Shown here: in pieces, positions 1 through 9,435 of the stretch
Position numbering within the stretch: position 1 is the stretch's first letter
Layout of the letters: each line of letters opens with the position of its first letter
Assembly (NCBI GenBank): GCA_019058015.1
Contig: JAHLWH010000217.1
Span: 1 to 27,906 of the forward strand
Origin: Promethearchaeota archaeon
Lineage (GTDB): Archaea > Asgardarchaeota > Lokiarchaeia > Sigyniarchaeales > SOKP01
Direction of reading: 5' to 3'
DNA length: 27,906 nt
Notes under the pieces: generated by a model
What the model was told of the DNA's origin: nothing
Seen by the model: only the letters and a program-made list of their open reading frames with translations
Databases searched by the model: none
Translations under genes and position numbers: made by a program

Positions 1-119
1 ACCTTATACTTAGGACGATAGTAATCGGTTCTAATAGCATAAATATTAGAAATAAAAGCAAGAAAAAAAAATTAATCAATGAAATATATTCAGATGAATA
101 CTTCTGGTGTTTTTTAAAA

Positions 120-605
120 TTGTCAGAAAAATTAGAATTTAAAGCTCTTGTAACAGGAGGAAAAGCGAGTGGTGGTCCTCCTATTGGGCCCATTGTTGGA
201 CCCACGGGAATTAATATTAAAGATGTAGTAGATATGATAAATGAAAAAACGACGGCATTTAAGGGACTCAATGTTCCGGTCAGAATTATTTTGAATCCTG
301 CTGATAAAAGTTTTGAGGTTATTGTTGAAACACCATCAACATCTAGCTTACTACTTAAAGAAGCCGGAGCGGAAAAAGGTTCAGACGCTGCAGGTACAGA
401 AAATATTGGAGATATCACTTTTGATCAAGTTATAAATGTGGTCAACATGAAAAAGGATAAATTACTTGCTAAATCCTTAAAAAGCATGACCAAATCAATT
501 TTAGGAACGTGCTTATCTGTTGGATTATTAGTAGATGGCCAAAATCCAAAAGAAATTCAAAATAAGATTGATAATGGAGAATATGATAATAAATTTAAGG
601 AGTAA
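120..605 (+). CDS. rpl11: 50S ribosomal protein uL11 (archaeal L11)
   Basis: GGKASGGPPIGP, VETPSTSSLL, ILGTCLSVG motifs; TTG start preceded by GGTGT (106-110); first gene of the L11-L1-L10-L12 cluster. Confidence 0.97.
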   Translation: MSEKLEFKALVTGGKASGGPPIGPIVGPTGINIKDVVDMINEKTTAFKGLNVPVRIILNPADKSFEVIVETPSTSSLLLKEAGAEKGSDAAGTENIGDITFDQVINVVNMKKDKLLAKSLKSMTKSILGTCLSVGLLVDGQNPKEIQNKIDNGEYDNKFKE

Positions 606-610
606 AGAAA

Positions 611-1315
611 ATGAAGGTTGACAATAACTTAATAAAATCCGCTGTAAGTCAAGTAATTAACTATTCTATAAAAAGAAAAGAAGGATTTAAAGATAAAGTG
701 AGAAAATTTGATGAATCAATTGATTTAATAATAAATTTAAAAGATTTAAATTTAAATGATCCAAAAAATAGGATTGACGAAGAATTTATACTTCCACACA
801 AAATATTTTATGAAGGTAAAGTTCCAGTATGTTTTATTGCAAGTGGAGAAATTCAATTAAACGCAAAAAAGTTAGGTTATGATGTTTTTGATGAGGAGGC
901 ACTCGAGCAACTTGATAAGACTGATAAAAAGGAAAAGAAAAAATTTGTAAAAAGATATACATTTTTCATAACAGAACAAAAGTTAATGAGGTTAGTTGCT
1001 AGATATTTAGCGAGATTCTTGGGACCTCTTGGAAAAATGCCCAAACCATCTCCTAAAGGATATGGGATAATAAGAGAACAAGATAATATAAATGATGTTC
1101 TAGAAAGACATAAAAGAATTGTTAGATTAAAGATGAGAAAGCAACCTTTCATTCAATTAAAAGTAGCGAAAAAGTCAATGGATGAAGATAAAATTATTGA
1201 AAACATATTATCTGTAATTAAACACATTGCAGATCAATTACCAAATAAATGGAATGGAGTTAAATCAATTTATATTAAAACGTCAATGGGAAAACCAGTA
1301 AAAGTAGGTGGATAA
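611..1315 (+). CDS. rpl1: 50S ribosomal protein uL1
   Basis: RKFDESIDLIINLKD, LGPLGKMPKP, SIYIKTSMGKPV; operon position. Confidence 0.97.
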   Translation: MKVDNNLIKSAVSQVINYSIKRKEGFKDKVRKFDESIDLIINLKDLNLNDPKNRIDEEFILPHKIFYEGKVPVCFIASGEIQLNAKKLGYDVFDEEALEQLDKTDKKEKKKFVKRYTFFITEQKLMRLVARYLARFLGPLGKMPKPSPKGYGIIREQDNINDVLERHKRIVRLKMRKQPFIQLKVAKKSMDEDKIIENILSVIKHIADQLPNKWNGVKSIYIKTSMGKPVKVGG

Positions 1316-1318
1316 AAA

Positions 1319-2212
1319 ATGATAGTGAAAAAAGAAATACATCAATGGAAAAAAGACGCAGTTGACGATTTAGCAAATCTTATACAAAAATATAAGGTTT
1401 TAGGATTAGTTGACTTATCAAATATGCCTGATAATTTAATTCAATTAATTCGAATGAAGCTTAGAGATAAAGCGCTAATAAAGATGTCTAAAAAATCTTT
1501 AATATTAAGGGCATTAGAAAAATATGAAAAAAAGTCAAAAAAGAAAAATCTTATTAAATTTGGAGAGAACATTTTGGGTCAATCTGGCCTTATCTTTACA
1601 AATGAAGATACTTTCGCATTAAAACGTTTGTTTGATGAAAACAGGATGAGAAGATTTGCCAAAGATGGTGATATTGCACAAGAAGATATAATCGTATATG
1701 AAGGAGATACGGGACTACCTACTGGACAGGCAATTACAGAACTCCATTTAGTTTTAAAATTGCCAACTAAGATCAAAAATGATACAATTTGGATTACTTC
1801 TGATAAAATAACCCATTACAAAGGTGATGCAATTTCATTAAAAGAAGCAATTGTTTTAAGAAAGTTAAATATTAAGCCTATTGAAGTAAATATTAAATTT
1901 TATTGTGCGTGGGATAATGGAGAAATCATTACTGACTCAATATTGAATTTAAACGTTGAAGATATTAAACGTCAATTCTCATTAGGCATCTTGCAAGCGT
2001 TAGATGTTGCATGCGAATTACCGTTTTTAATAGATGATGCAGTTGAATATTGTGCGAGAAAAGCAGCTTTAAATGCAAACATAGTCTTTTCACAAATTTT
2101 TGAGGAAAAAACATTTCAAATTGAAGAAGATAAAGTTGAAGAAGTGGAAGAAGAACCAGAATTGAAAGATGAAGACCAACCACCAGAAGGATTAGGTAGT
2201 TTATTTGGATAA
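1319..2212 (+). CDS. rpl10: 50S ribosomal protein uL10 (acidic P0)
   Basis: HQWKK N-terminus, GQSGLIFTNED, archaeal/eukaryotic domain II (GDTGLPTG), acidic hinge and GLGSLFG C-terminus. Confidence 0.96.
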   Translation: MIVKKEIHQWKKDAVDDLANLIQKYKVLGLVDLSNMPDNLIQLIRMKLRDKALIKMSKKSLILRALEKYEKKSKKKNLIKFGENILGQSGLIFTNEDTFALKRLFDENRMRRFAKDGDIAQEDIIVYEGDTGLPTGQAITELHLVLKLPTKIKNDTIWITSDKITHYKGDAISLKEAIVLRKLNIKPIEVNIKFYCAWDNGEIITDSILNLNVEDIKRQFSLGILQALDVACELPFLIDDAVEYCARKAALNANIVFSQIFEEKTFQIEEDKVEEVEEEPELKDEDQPPEGLGSLFG

Positions 2213-2227
2213 TTTTATAAAATTTAT

Positions 2228-2273
2228 TAAAAAAGAAAAATAAAAAAATAAAAAATAAAAAAATAAAAATAAA
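2228..2273 (+). repeat. A-rich low-complexity tandem (A4-7T)n upstream of the rpl12 SD
   Basis: aaaaataaaaaaataaaaaataaaaaaataaaaataaa visible in the P0-P1 spacer. Confidence 0.5.
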
Positions 2274-2286
2274 GGAGGAAATAACT

Positions 2287-2589
2287 ATGGAGTCGATATA
2301 TGCAGCCCTATTAATTTTCAAGGTAAAAGGAAATAAGGCAATAACTGAAGCGAATCTTGAGAAGGTTTTAAAAGCCGCAGGTGCAGATGTAGATCCAGAA
2401 CAAATTAAAAAGTTAATTATTGGACTAAAATCAACAGATTTGGATGAGATAATCAAGAACGCAAGTACGATGCCGGTAGGAGTCTCAACTGCACCAGTTG
2501 AAGACAAGAAAAAACCCTCGAAAAAAAAGAAAAGACCTGAGAAGGAAGAAGTTGAAGAAGAGCCCGCGGGAATTGGTAGTCTATTCTAA
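2287..2589 (+). CDS. rpl12: 50S ribosomal stalk protein P1 (aL12)
   Basis: MESIYAALL..ITEANLEKVLKAAGADVD, C-terminal EEEPAGIGSLF; GGAGG SD upstream. Confidence 0.96.
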   Translation: MESIYAALLIFKVKGNKAITEANLEKVLKAAGADVDPEQIKKLIIGLKSTDLDEIIKNASTMPVGVSTAPVEDKKKPSKKKKRPEKEEVEEEPAGIGSLF

Positions 2590-2726
2590 AAGTATTAAAA
2601 AAGTATAAAGATTATTTTTTATATTATCTTTATTTTAAATCGTTTTTGTCTTTAAAGTTTTAATTGGATTAATGAATAAGAATGATGAAATGAATTTAAA
2701 AAAATATTAATTAAAACGTCCTTTAA

Positions 2727-3269
2727 TTAAAAATCCATTTTTGCATGTTTTTTCTTACTTTCTTCAAGAAGGATTTGAGCCAAAACTTCGAATGCTTTTG
2801 CTACATTTTGACCTGTCTTTGAACTTAACTCAACAAATGATCTCATGTTGTATCTCTTTGCAGCATTTATACCATCCTCTCTTTTCACAGCTCGATATTC
2901 AGTCAAATCAGCTTTTGAACCAACCAACATTAAAGGAACATCTCCTGCATTTTCTCGTACAATATAACTCCAGTCCGGTAAATGTGATAGACTAGTAGGA
3001 TGTGTTATGTCATATAGAATAAATGCCCCACTAGCTCCTTTGGAGTACTGCGGGAGTAGAAATCTGAACCTTTCTTCACCTCCAAAATCCCAAAGTTGAA
3101 GTTTTATCCGTTCCCCGTTAAAAAGCACTGATTTAGAAAAGAAATCCACTCCAATAGTGAGCCTTAGATCCTCTACAAAAAATCCTGAGATATATCTTAA
3201 AGTTAGTGAAGTTTTTCCGACCGATGCATCCCCAAGCATAAGGACTTTAAATGTATAGTCTGATTCCAT
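2727..3269 (-). CDS. Rab-like small GTPase (Ras superfamily, Asgard eukaryotic-signature type)
   Basis: G1 GDASVGKTS, switch I TIGVDF, G3 WDFGGEERFR, G4 GSKAD, G5 SSK. Start placed at ATG 3269 (MESDYTFKV); the ORF track extends to 3350. No C-terminal Cys. Confidence 0.92.
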   Translation of the reverse strand: MESDYTFKVLMLGDASVGKTSLTLRYISGFFVEDLRLTIGVDFFSKSVLFNGERIKLQLWDFGGEERFRFLLPQYSKGASGAFILYDITHPTSLSHLPDWSYIVRENAGDVPLMLVGSKADLTEYRAVKREDGINAAKRYNMRSFVELSSKTGQNVAKAFEVLAQILLEESKKKHAKMDF

Positions 3270-3482
3270 TAATTTTTCCGTATTTTTTTTTAATATGGCA
3301 ATTACAATTAATATTAAAAGAAATATTTTGATAATATATTCTTTATACATTATTTATATTACTTATCGAGTTAATAAATTTTTTTTATTATTTGAATAAT
3401 GATATTGATGTTCTACATTTCTGACAAATTTCAATTCCCTTTTGCATTCAAAAGTTCTTGTTCATTCTTTCTTAGAGTTTAA

Positions 3483-4136
3483 TTAAAATAAAAATAGCAA
3501 AGTATTAAAAGTTGCATGTGTCACTACAACGGGAATAAGTGAATAATTAAAGTTTTTAAATAATAATACTAAAATCATACCAAAGATGAAATAATATCCA
3601 AAATATGTAAATATTGTTTGGAATGGGACTAGAAATGGAGGAACATGATATAGGGCAAAACAGAAAGATGATAGAAATATTGCTATAATTCTATGGTTTT
3701 TCTTATAGAATCTCTTAGCAATAAAACCCCGAAAAAACCCTTCCTCACAGGGAGCGATAATTACCATTTGAAGAATAAGAATAATTAACATTTCCAACAT
3801 ATTTGGGGAAACTGGAGTTGTATCTATTGCTCCTTCTTCTGCATTTTGTAAAAATTCAGAACCAAATAGATTTTCTGTTATTATGTATTTAAAAAATATT
3901 ATAAGATAATCTGCTATCAGCAAAAAAATAACTCCTATTGATAATCCAACCAAAATTTTGAAAGTTTGTTTTCTAATATTTTGTTGACTTTTTGTAAAAC
4001 CAATTTCCAATAATTCATCTTTGAAAGAACACTTATCTGGAAATTTTGCGATTAAAGCCGGTATAACAATGAAAAATATTTCAAATAATATTAAAAAAAT
4101 CAAAATAATTGGTTCTTGTCCTAAATTTAGCGACAT
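3483..4136 (-). CDS. CPBP family intramembrane glutamic endopeptidase (Abi/type II CAAX protease, Rce1-like)
   Basis: Multiple TM segments; motifs EEGFFRG, FALYH, THATFN. Confidence 0.9.
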   Translation of the reverse strand: MSLNLGQEPIILIFLILFEIFFIVIPALIAKFPDKCSFKDELLEIGFTKSQQNIRKQTFKILVGLSIGVIFLLIADYLIIFFKYIITENLFGSEFLQNAEEGAIDTTPVSPNMLEMLIILILQMVIIAPCEEGFFRGFIAKRFYKKNHRIIAIFLSSFCFALYHVPPFLVPFQTIFTYFGYYFIFGMILVLLFKNFNYSLIPVVVTHATFNTLLFLF

Positions 4137-4307
4137 TGGAATACAGCAGAATCTTGTTTTTACGAAGTATCCTAGAGTTTTTTAATTTGCTTACTCAAAC
4201 TGGTTAATTTAATGAAATAATTAATTGTAAATTAAAAATAGTAAGCGGTTAATATCATTAATTCGATTTAAGTTAAAATTAAAAAAGATTATTTCAATGG
4301 TGGTGAA

Positions 4308-4613
4308 ATGAATAAGCAAGAAAATTTTACAAAAAGAGTTTATGAAATTGTATCTGAGTTAAAACTTCCCTTAATAGATGATAGAGTTCAAGATAACGTT
4401 AAATTTAAATCAAATAACGCAACTGTTATCGTAAAATTCGTTTTTGAAGAAGATGAATCAATAATACGTGGTTTTCTCGGCTTAGCTGAGTATTTCCACA
4501 CTGTAATTATAAAAAAAAAGATAAATTTTACATACCTCATGACCATAAATTGTTTACTTTGGAAAGCGTTTAATAATCCTTTTGTCATTTCTCTAAATCT
4601 TTTCCGAGATTAA
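4308..4613 (+). CDS. Small hypothetical protein; C-terminus possibly frameshifted at A9 run 4511-4519 (alternative stop 4573)
   Basis: GGTGGTGA SD directly upstream; -1 frame after the A-run reads KKKDKFYIPHDHKLFTLESV*. Confidence 0.6.
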   Translation: MNKQENFTKRVYEIVSELKLPLIDDRVQDNVKFKSNNATVIVKFVFEEDESIIRGFLGLAEYFHTVIIKKKINFTYLMTINCLLWKAFNNPFVISLNLFRD

Positions 4614-4678
4614 ACAAAATCTAGAAATCAAAATTTCTAAAATTAGGTTATATTTGTTAAAAATATGTAAAGAAAATC

Positions 4679-4948
4679 ATGATTAAAATGCATAAATATT
4701 ATTGTAAAAAATGTAAAAAATATCATTATCGAGGCAAAATCTATAAAGAACATTCGGATTATAAAAAAGAAGAATTTAATAAAGACAACTATCCCGATGT
4801 TGAAAATATAAAGATAAATCTCGACACACTTAGACCAATTGCCAAACGACAGCTACGCACGTTGTTTAAAAAAATGGAATCATCTGGCAATCATGAGCTT
4901 TATAAAAATGAAATTAATAAATTAATAAGAAATGAAAAGAGGCAGTAA
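4679..4948 (+). CDS. Hypothetical protein with N-terminal CxxC...H putative Zn-binding motif
   Basis: YYCKKCKKYHYRGKIYKEH; ends 2 nt before tbp. Confidence 0.65.
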   Translation: MIKMHKYYCKKCKKYHYRGKIYKEHSDYKKEEFNKDNYPDVENIKINLDTLRPIAKRQLRTLFKKMESSGNHELYKNEINKLIRNEKRQ

Positions 4949-4950
4949 TA

Positions 4951-5574
4951 ATGGCAGATATAAATAATTCTCAAGAAGTAAATGAAATTATATTAGATTA
5001 TAAAATAAATAATGTTGTTGCAACAGCAAAAATAGATCTTATTGAAAAAATAGATCTTGTTAAAATAGCGCGAAAATTACATGATGCTGAATATCATCCA
5101 GAAAGATTTCCTGGAGTCATCTTTAGGCAAGATAATCCTCGAGCTACATTTTTAATTTTTTCAACTGGTAATATGGTGGTTACCGGACTTGAAATTGTAG
5201 CAGATGCAGAGAAAGCAGTTAGTAAATTATTAAAAAAGGTAAAAAAGATTGGAATTAAATCATCTAATCCCGAAATTGTTATTCAAAATATTGTTGCAAA
5301 TGGTGATTTACATACACTTATAAATTTAAATAAAGCAGTATTACTAATTGAATTTGTTATGTACGAACCTGAAGTCTTTCCAGGATTAATTTATTATATG
5401 AAAGATCCCCGTGCTGTATTTCTACTATTTTCTACTGGTAAATTTGTTTGTACAGGGATTAAAGAGAAGAAAATTTTAAAAAAAGCTATTTTAAAGTTAA
5501 AACGAGAGATTAATAATATGGATGTAACTAGTGAAAAAGTTATCGAAGATGAATTTGAGTTAACATTTCTATAA
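4951..5574 (+). CDS. tbp: TATA-box binding protein
   Basis: Two TBP repeats: YHPERFPGVIFR/LIFSTGNMVVTG and YEPEVFPGLIY/LLFSTGKFVCTG. Confidence 0.96.
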   Translation: MADINNSQEVNEIILDYKINNVVATAKIDLIEKIDLVKIARKLHDAEYHPERFPGVIFRQDNPRATFLIFSTGNMVVTGLEIVADAEKAVSKLLKKVKKIGIKSSNPEIVIQNIVANGDLHTLINLNKAVLLIEFVMYEPEVFPGLIYYMKDPRAVFLLFSTGKFVCTGIKEKKILKKAILKLKREINNMDVTSEKVIEDEFELTFL

Positions 5575-5614
5575 AAAAATCAGTATCTATAAAAAAAGTA
5601 AAAATTGATTAAAA

Positions 5615-5830
5615 ATGGTTGAATTCTGTAAAAAGTGTGGGGGAATGATGCTTCCATCTAAAGATAAGGATAAAAAAATTCTTGTATGTAATTCATGTGC
5701 TCAAACTAAACCTTTAGAAGAGGATTTTATTGATTCTTATATATTTAATAAAAAAATATATCATCCCACAGGAGAAGAATTCAAAAATTTAGAAAAAATG
5801 AAAGCCTGGAAAAATTCTAAAGAAAAGTAA
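5615..5830 (+). CDS. RpoM/TFS N-terminal zinc-ribbon-only protein
   Basis: MVEFCKKCGGMMLP...LVCNSC matches the TFS/Rpb9 N-terminal ribbon; no C-terminal QTRSADE ribbon in any downstream frame I read. Confidence 0.75.
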   Translation: MVEFCKKCGGMMLPSKDKDKKILVCNSCAQTKPLEEDFIDSYIFNKKIYHPTGEEFKNLEKMKAWKNSKEK

Positions 5831-5962
5831 ATTCCCAGAAAATATCCATTTTTTAATAAACAAATTTCAGGTTTTGTGATTATATTTGGAAATTGAAATC
5901 ATAAATAAGTCAACTATAATATTTTGGATGAAACTATTATTAAATAACAGGTTTTAAAATAT

Positions 5963-6472
5963 ATGAGATTAATATCTTGGAAAAAAGTAAAATCATGGAA
6001 ATGTATCACATGTGGAGAATGTTGTAACTGTTTTAATATCCCCTTGAAATCTATTGAATATGCTAGAATGATTAAAATCTTTGGGAATGAAATTTTTGAT
6101 TTTAACAAAAATCCAGTTAAGATTTTTCTTAAACGAAGAGAAAATGGAAGGTGTATTTTTCAATATTATTTATGTGGAAAATGGATTTGTGTAATACAAC
6201 AAATCAAACCTATAGTATGTAAAATTTTTCCATTTTCAATTTCTAAATCAAGTAATAAAAAAGCTCTCTATAAGTATAAAGGAAACCTATATAATATTTA
6301 TTTAGAAAGGAGCTGTAAAGGAATAAAATTAGGAAAACCTTCTAATGAGTTTATCTATAAAATAATACCTAAAGCAATTGAGTTGAGTCTAAATCCAGAA
6401 AAGTCACACCATATGTTAACGTCTCAGTTATTATTGGATCCTTTAAATCAATATTTTTTAAGAAGTTATTGA
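5963..6472 (+). CDS. YkgJ/UPF0153 cysteine-cluster protein (Zn or Fe-S chelating)
   Basis: CITCGECC, RCIF, ICVIQQIKPIVCKIFPF, SCKG. Confidence 0.85.
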   Translation: MRLISWKKVKSWKCITCGECCNCFNIPLKSIEYARMIKIFGNEIFDFNKNPVKIFLKRRENGRCIFQYYLCGKWICVIQQIKPIVCKIFPFSISKSSNKKALYKYKGNLYNIYLERSCKGIKLGKPSNEFIYKIIPKAIELSLNPEKSHHMLTSQLLLDPLNQYFLRSY

Positions 6473-6605
6473 TATAAAAAAGAACCTAACTTTTCGATAG
6501 ATTAGTATTTAAAAATATTTATAACTATACATTTTATTGCTAATTTATATTTATTATCCTAAATCTAATATATTATCGTTCATTATAATGATTGAGATTA
6601 ATAAT

Positions 6606-7027
6606 ATGTTGGATGCAATTGATCTTGTTATTTTAGAAGAATTGAAAGAAGATAGTAGAAAATCTTATAGTGAAATTGCTGAAGTTGTAGGAAAAACAGA
6701 GGCAACTATCAGGCGCTGAGTCAAAAAGATGATAAAGAATGAAATAATTGGCAAATTTACAATTGAATATGACATATAAAACCACCAGAAAATTCACGCA
6801 ACCATAAAAATTGAGCCAAGTTTTAAAGATATTAAGGAGATACTAAATAAATTAAAAGATATGAGGAAATAACACATATTTAGAGATTATCCGGCGACTG
6901 TGGTCTGTTAATAAAACTTGAGATTTCTTCAATTGAAGAATTTAACCCTCTAATTGAGGGAAAAATTTCTCAAATTGATGGTATTAAAATTATAGAAACA
7001 TGTTTTATAACAGATATTATAAAATAA
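6606..7027 (+). pseudogene. Lrp/AsnC family transcriptional regulator, disabled
   Basis: HTH LDAIDLVILEELKEDSRKSYSEIAEVVGKTEATIRR, then TGA 6717, TAA 6777, a 1-nt frameshift near 6862 and TAG 6881. RAM-domain remainder RLSGDCGLLIK...ISQIDGIKIIETCFITDIIK* ends at 7027. Confidence 0.9.
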
Positions 7028-7137
7028 ATCTGTTTAATAATTCATAATTAAATTTAAATAAAATATATAAATATATTTGTAATTTCTTTAAGTTAATTGT
7101 ATATAAAATCTTAGTTAATAATTTAAAATAAATTTTC

Positions 7138-9435
7138 ATGAGTGTAAAGAGAATATATCATCCAAATTTGCAAAATATTGCTTTTATTGGCAATTATATA
7201 CCACGCCAATGTGGTATTGCGACTTTCACAAACGATCTTTTACAAGCAGTTTCAAAGGAATTACCAAAAAGTAGTTGTTGTGCATTAGCAATGAATGATA
7301 AACCTGAGAGTTATCCTTATCCTAATCAAGTTCGCTTTGAATTAAATGCTAATCGATTGAAGGATTATTCACTAGCTGCAGAGTTTCTGAATGTTAATAA
7401 AGTTGATGTTGTTTGTCTGCAACATGAATTTGGCATTTATGGAGGAGATAATGGAAATTATATTTTAACATTACTTCGTAACTTACATATGCCGATTGTA
7501 TCAACACTACACACTCTTATACCGAATCCCCAACCCAAAATTAAAAAAATTATTAAAACAATAGGTAGACTATCAGATCGTTTAATAGTTATGAGCCATC
7601 AAGCTAAAACGCTTTTACAAGAAGACTATGGGATACCTGCTGAAAAAGCTAATGTAATTCATCATGGAATTCCAGATATTCCATTTATAGACCCAAATTT
7701 TTTTAAAGATCAATTTGGAGTTGAAGGGAAGGATGTCATTTTAACTTTTGGTTTAATTAACCCTGGCAAAGGGATAGAGACAATGATTGATGCCTTGCCT
7801 AAAATCGTTAAAAAACATCCAAATGTGACATATATTGTACTTGGTGCTACTCATCCAAATGTAAAGAAAGAACATGGCGAATCATATCGTTATTCTCTTC
7901 AAATCAGGGCTAGAGAGCTTGGTGTAGAAGATCATATAATTTTTTATAACAGGTTTGTAGAATTAGAGGAGTTATGTGAATTTTTAGGAGCTGCTGATAT
8001 TTATGTAACTCCATATATAAACAAAGAGCAAATTGTCTCTGGCACACTTGCTTATGCTCTTGGAACTGGTAAAGCTATCATTTCTACACCTTATTGGTAT
8101 GCTGAGGAAATCTTAGAGGATGGAAAAGGAATAATAGTACCCTTCAAGAATCCAGAAAGCATAGCTGATCATATTATTAACCTACTAGATAACGAAAATG
8201 AGAGACATATTATGCGAAAAAAAGCCTATATATTTTCTAGAGATATGGTTTGGAAAGAGGTTGCTCGAAATTATATAGAGATATTTGCAGAAGTTGTTGA
8301 AAAAAGATTATCAGAACCAAAAACCATTTTAAGGATAAAATCATTACGAACTTCACCATTCGATCTACCTCAGCCAAAATTTGATCATCTGGATAGGTTA
8401 ACAGATGATGTTGGTATTTTACAACATGCTAATTTTATAATACCCAATCGAAAGCATGGTTATAGCACAGATGATAATGCGAGGGCATTAATTGTAGTAC
8501 TTTTAGCTCAAAATTTATTAATTGAAGATGATTTATTAGAGAATCTTGATTGTCGCTATTTAAGTTTTTTATTGCACGCCTTCAACGAAAAAAATGGTCG
8601 ATTTCGCAATTTTTTAGGATATGATCGTAAATGGCTTGAAGATGAAGGATCTGAAGATAGTCATGGTCGGGCTGTCTGGAGTTTAGGAATTACAGTAGCC
8701 TTATCAAAAACAAAAGAGTTCGGGGATCAAGCTTTAAGAATTTTTGATAGAGCTGTGTCAGTTCTTTCAGAATTTAAATCTCCTAGAGCTTTAGCTTTTG
8801 GTTTGATAGGAATTCATGCTTATTTAGCTAGATTTGGAGGAGATAGCAAAATAAGAAGATTTCGAGAAAAAATAGCGAATCATTTATTTGAACTATATTG
8901 TTCAAATGCTAGTGATAAGTGGCCATGGATAGAGAACACTTTAACTTATGATAATGGAAAAGTTCCACAAGCTTTAATGATGTCTGGGCAATGGTTACAG
9001 CGAGGAGATATGGTTAAAGCTGGATTAAGGTCATTAGAGTGGTTAATTAAAGTTCAAAAGAATCCTAAAGGACACTTTACTCCAATCGGTAATTCTGGAT
9101 GGCATCTACGTAACGGAGAAAAAGCGAGATTTGATCAACAACCTCTTGAAGCTGAGAGTATACTTGAAGCATGTATTGAGGCATTTAAAATTACTCAAGA
9201 TAAAAAATGGATTAAAGAAGCACGTCATTGTCTAGAATGGTTTTTAGGTCGAAACGATTTGAATTCTTCACTTTATAATTATAAAACTGGAGGATGTTAT
9301 GATGCTTTAACATCTACAGGTCCCAATATAAATCAAGGGGCAGAATCAACATTAGCTTGGTTATTAACCCTTCTAAATATGTATTCGTTAGATAATTTAA
9401 CTGAGATTGATTTAACAGAACAAATAAGTGAGTAA
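7138..9435 (+). CDS. GT4 glycosyltransferase fused to a C-terminal putative (alpha/alpha)6 glycosidase-like domain
   Basis: N-half PRQCGIATFT, QHEFGIYGG, SGTLAYALGTGKAIISTPY; C-half HGYSTDDNARAL, EDSHGRA, FDQQPLE, NQGAESTLAW. Confidence 0.88.
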   Translation: MSVKRIYHPNLQNIAFIGNYIPRQCGIATFTNDLLQAVSKELPKSSCCALAMNDKPESYPYPNQVRFELNANRLKDYSLAAEFLNVNKVDVVCLQHEFGIYGGDNGNYILTLLRNLHMPIVSTLHTLIPNPQPKIKKIIKTIGRLSDRLIVMSHQAKTLLQEDYGIPAEKANVIHHGIPDIPFIDPNFFKDQFGVEGKDVILTFGLINPGKGIETMIDALPKIVKKHPNVTYIVLGATHPNVKKEHGESYRYSLQIRARELGVEDHIIFYNRFVELEELCEFLGAADIYVTPYINKEQIVSGTLAYALGTGKAIISTPYWYAEEILEDGKGIIVPFKNPESIADHIINLLDNENERHIMRKKAYIFSRDMVWKEVARNYIEIFAEVVEKRLSEPKTILRIKSLRTSPFDLPQPKFDHLDRLTDDVGILQHANFIIPNRKHGYSTDDNARALIVVLLAQNLLIEDDLLENLDCRYLSFLLHAFNEKNGRFRNFLGYDRKWLEDEGSEDSHGRAVWSLGITVALSKTKEFGDQALRIFDRAVSVLSEFKSPRALAFGLIGIHAYLARFGGDSKIRRFREKIANHLFELYCSNASDKWPWIENTLTYDNGKVPQALMMSGQWLQRGDMVKAGLRSLEWLIKVQKNPKGHFTPIGNSGWHLRNGEKARFDQQPLEAESILEACIEAFKITQDKKWIKEARHCLEWFLGRNDLNSSLYNYKTGGCYDALTSTGPNINQGAESTLAWLLTLLNMYSLDNLTEIDLTEQISE

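Noticed and set aside
1-119. 3' end of spt5/nusG or an N-terminal extension of L11 (frame open from position 3)
   Set aside because: No recognisable KOW motif; L11 homology begins at TTG 120 with an SD-like motif.
6717-6883. In-frame TGA/TAG in Lrp as selenocysteine or pyrrolysine recoding
   Set aside because: They fall at Arg-like and aromatic positions and co-occur with a TAA and a frameshift, so decay is the simpler explanation.
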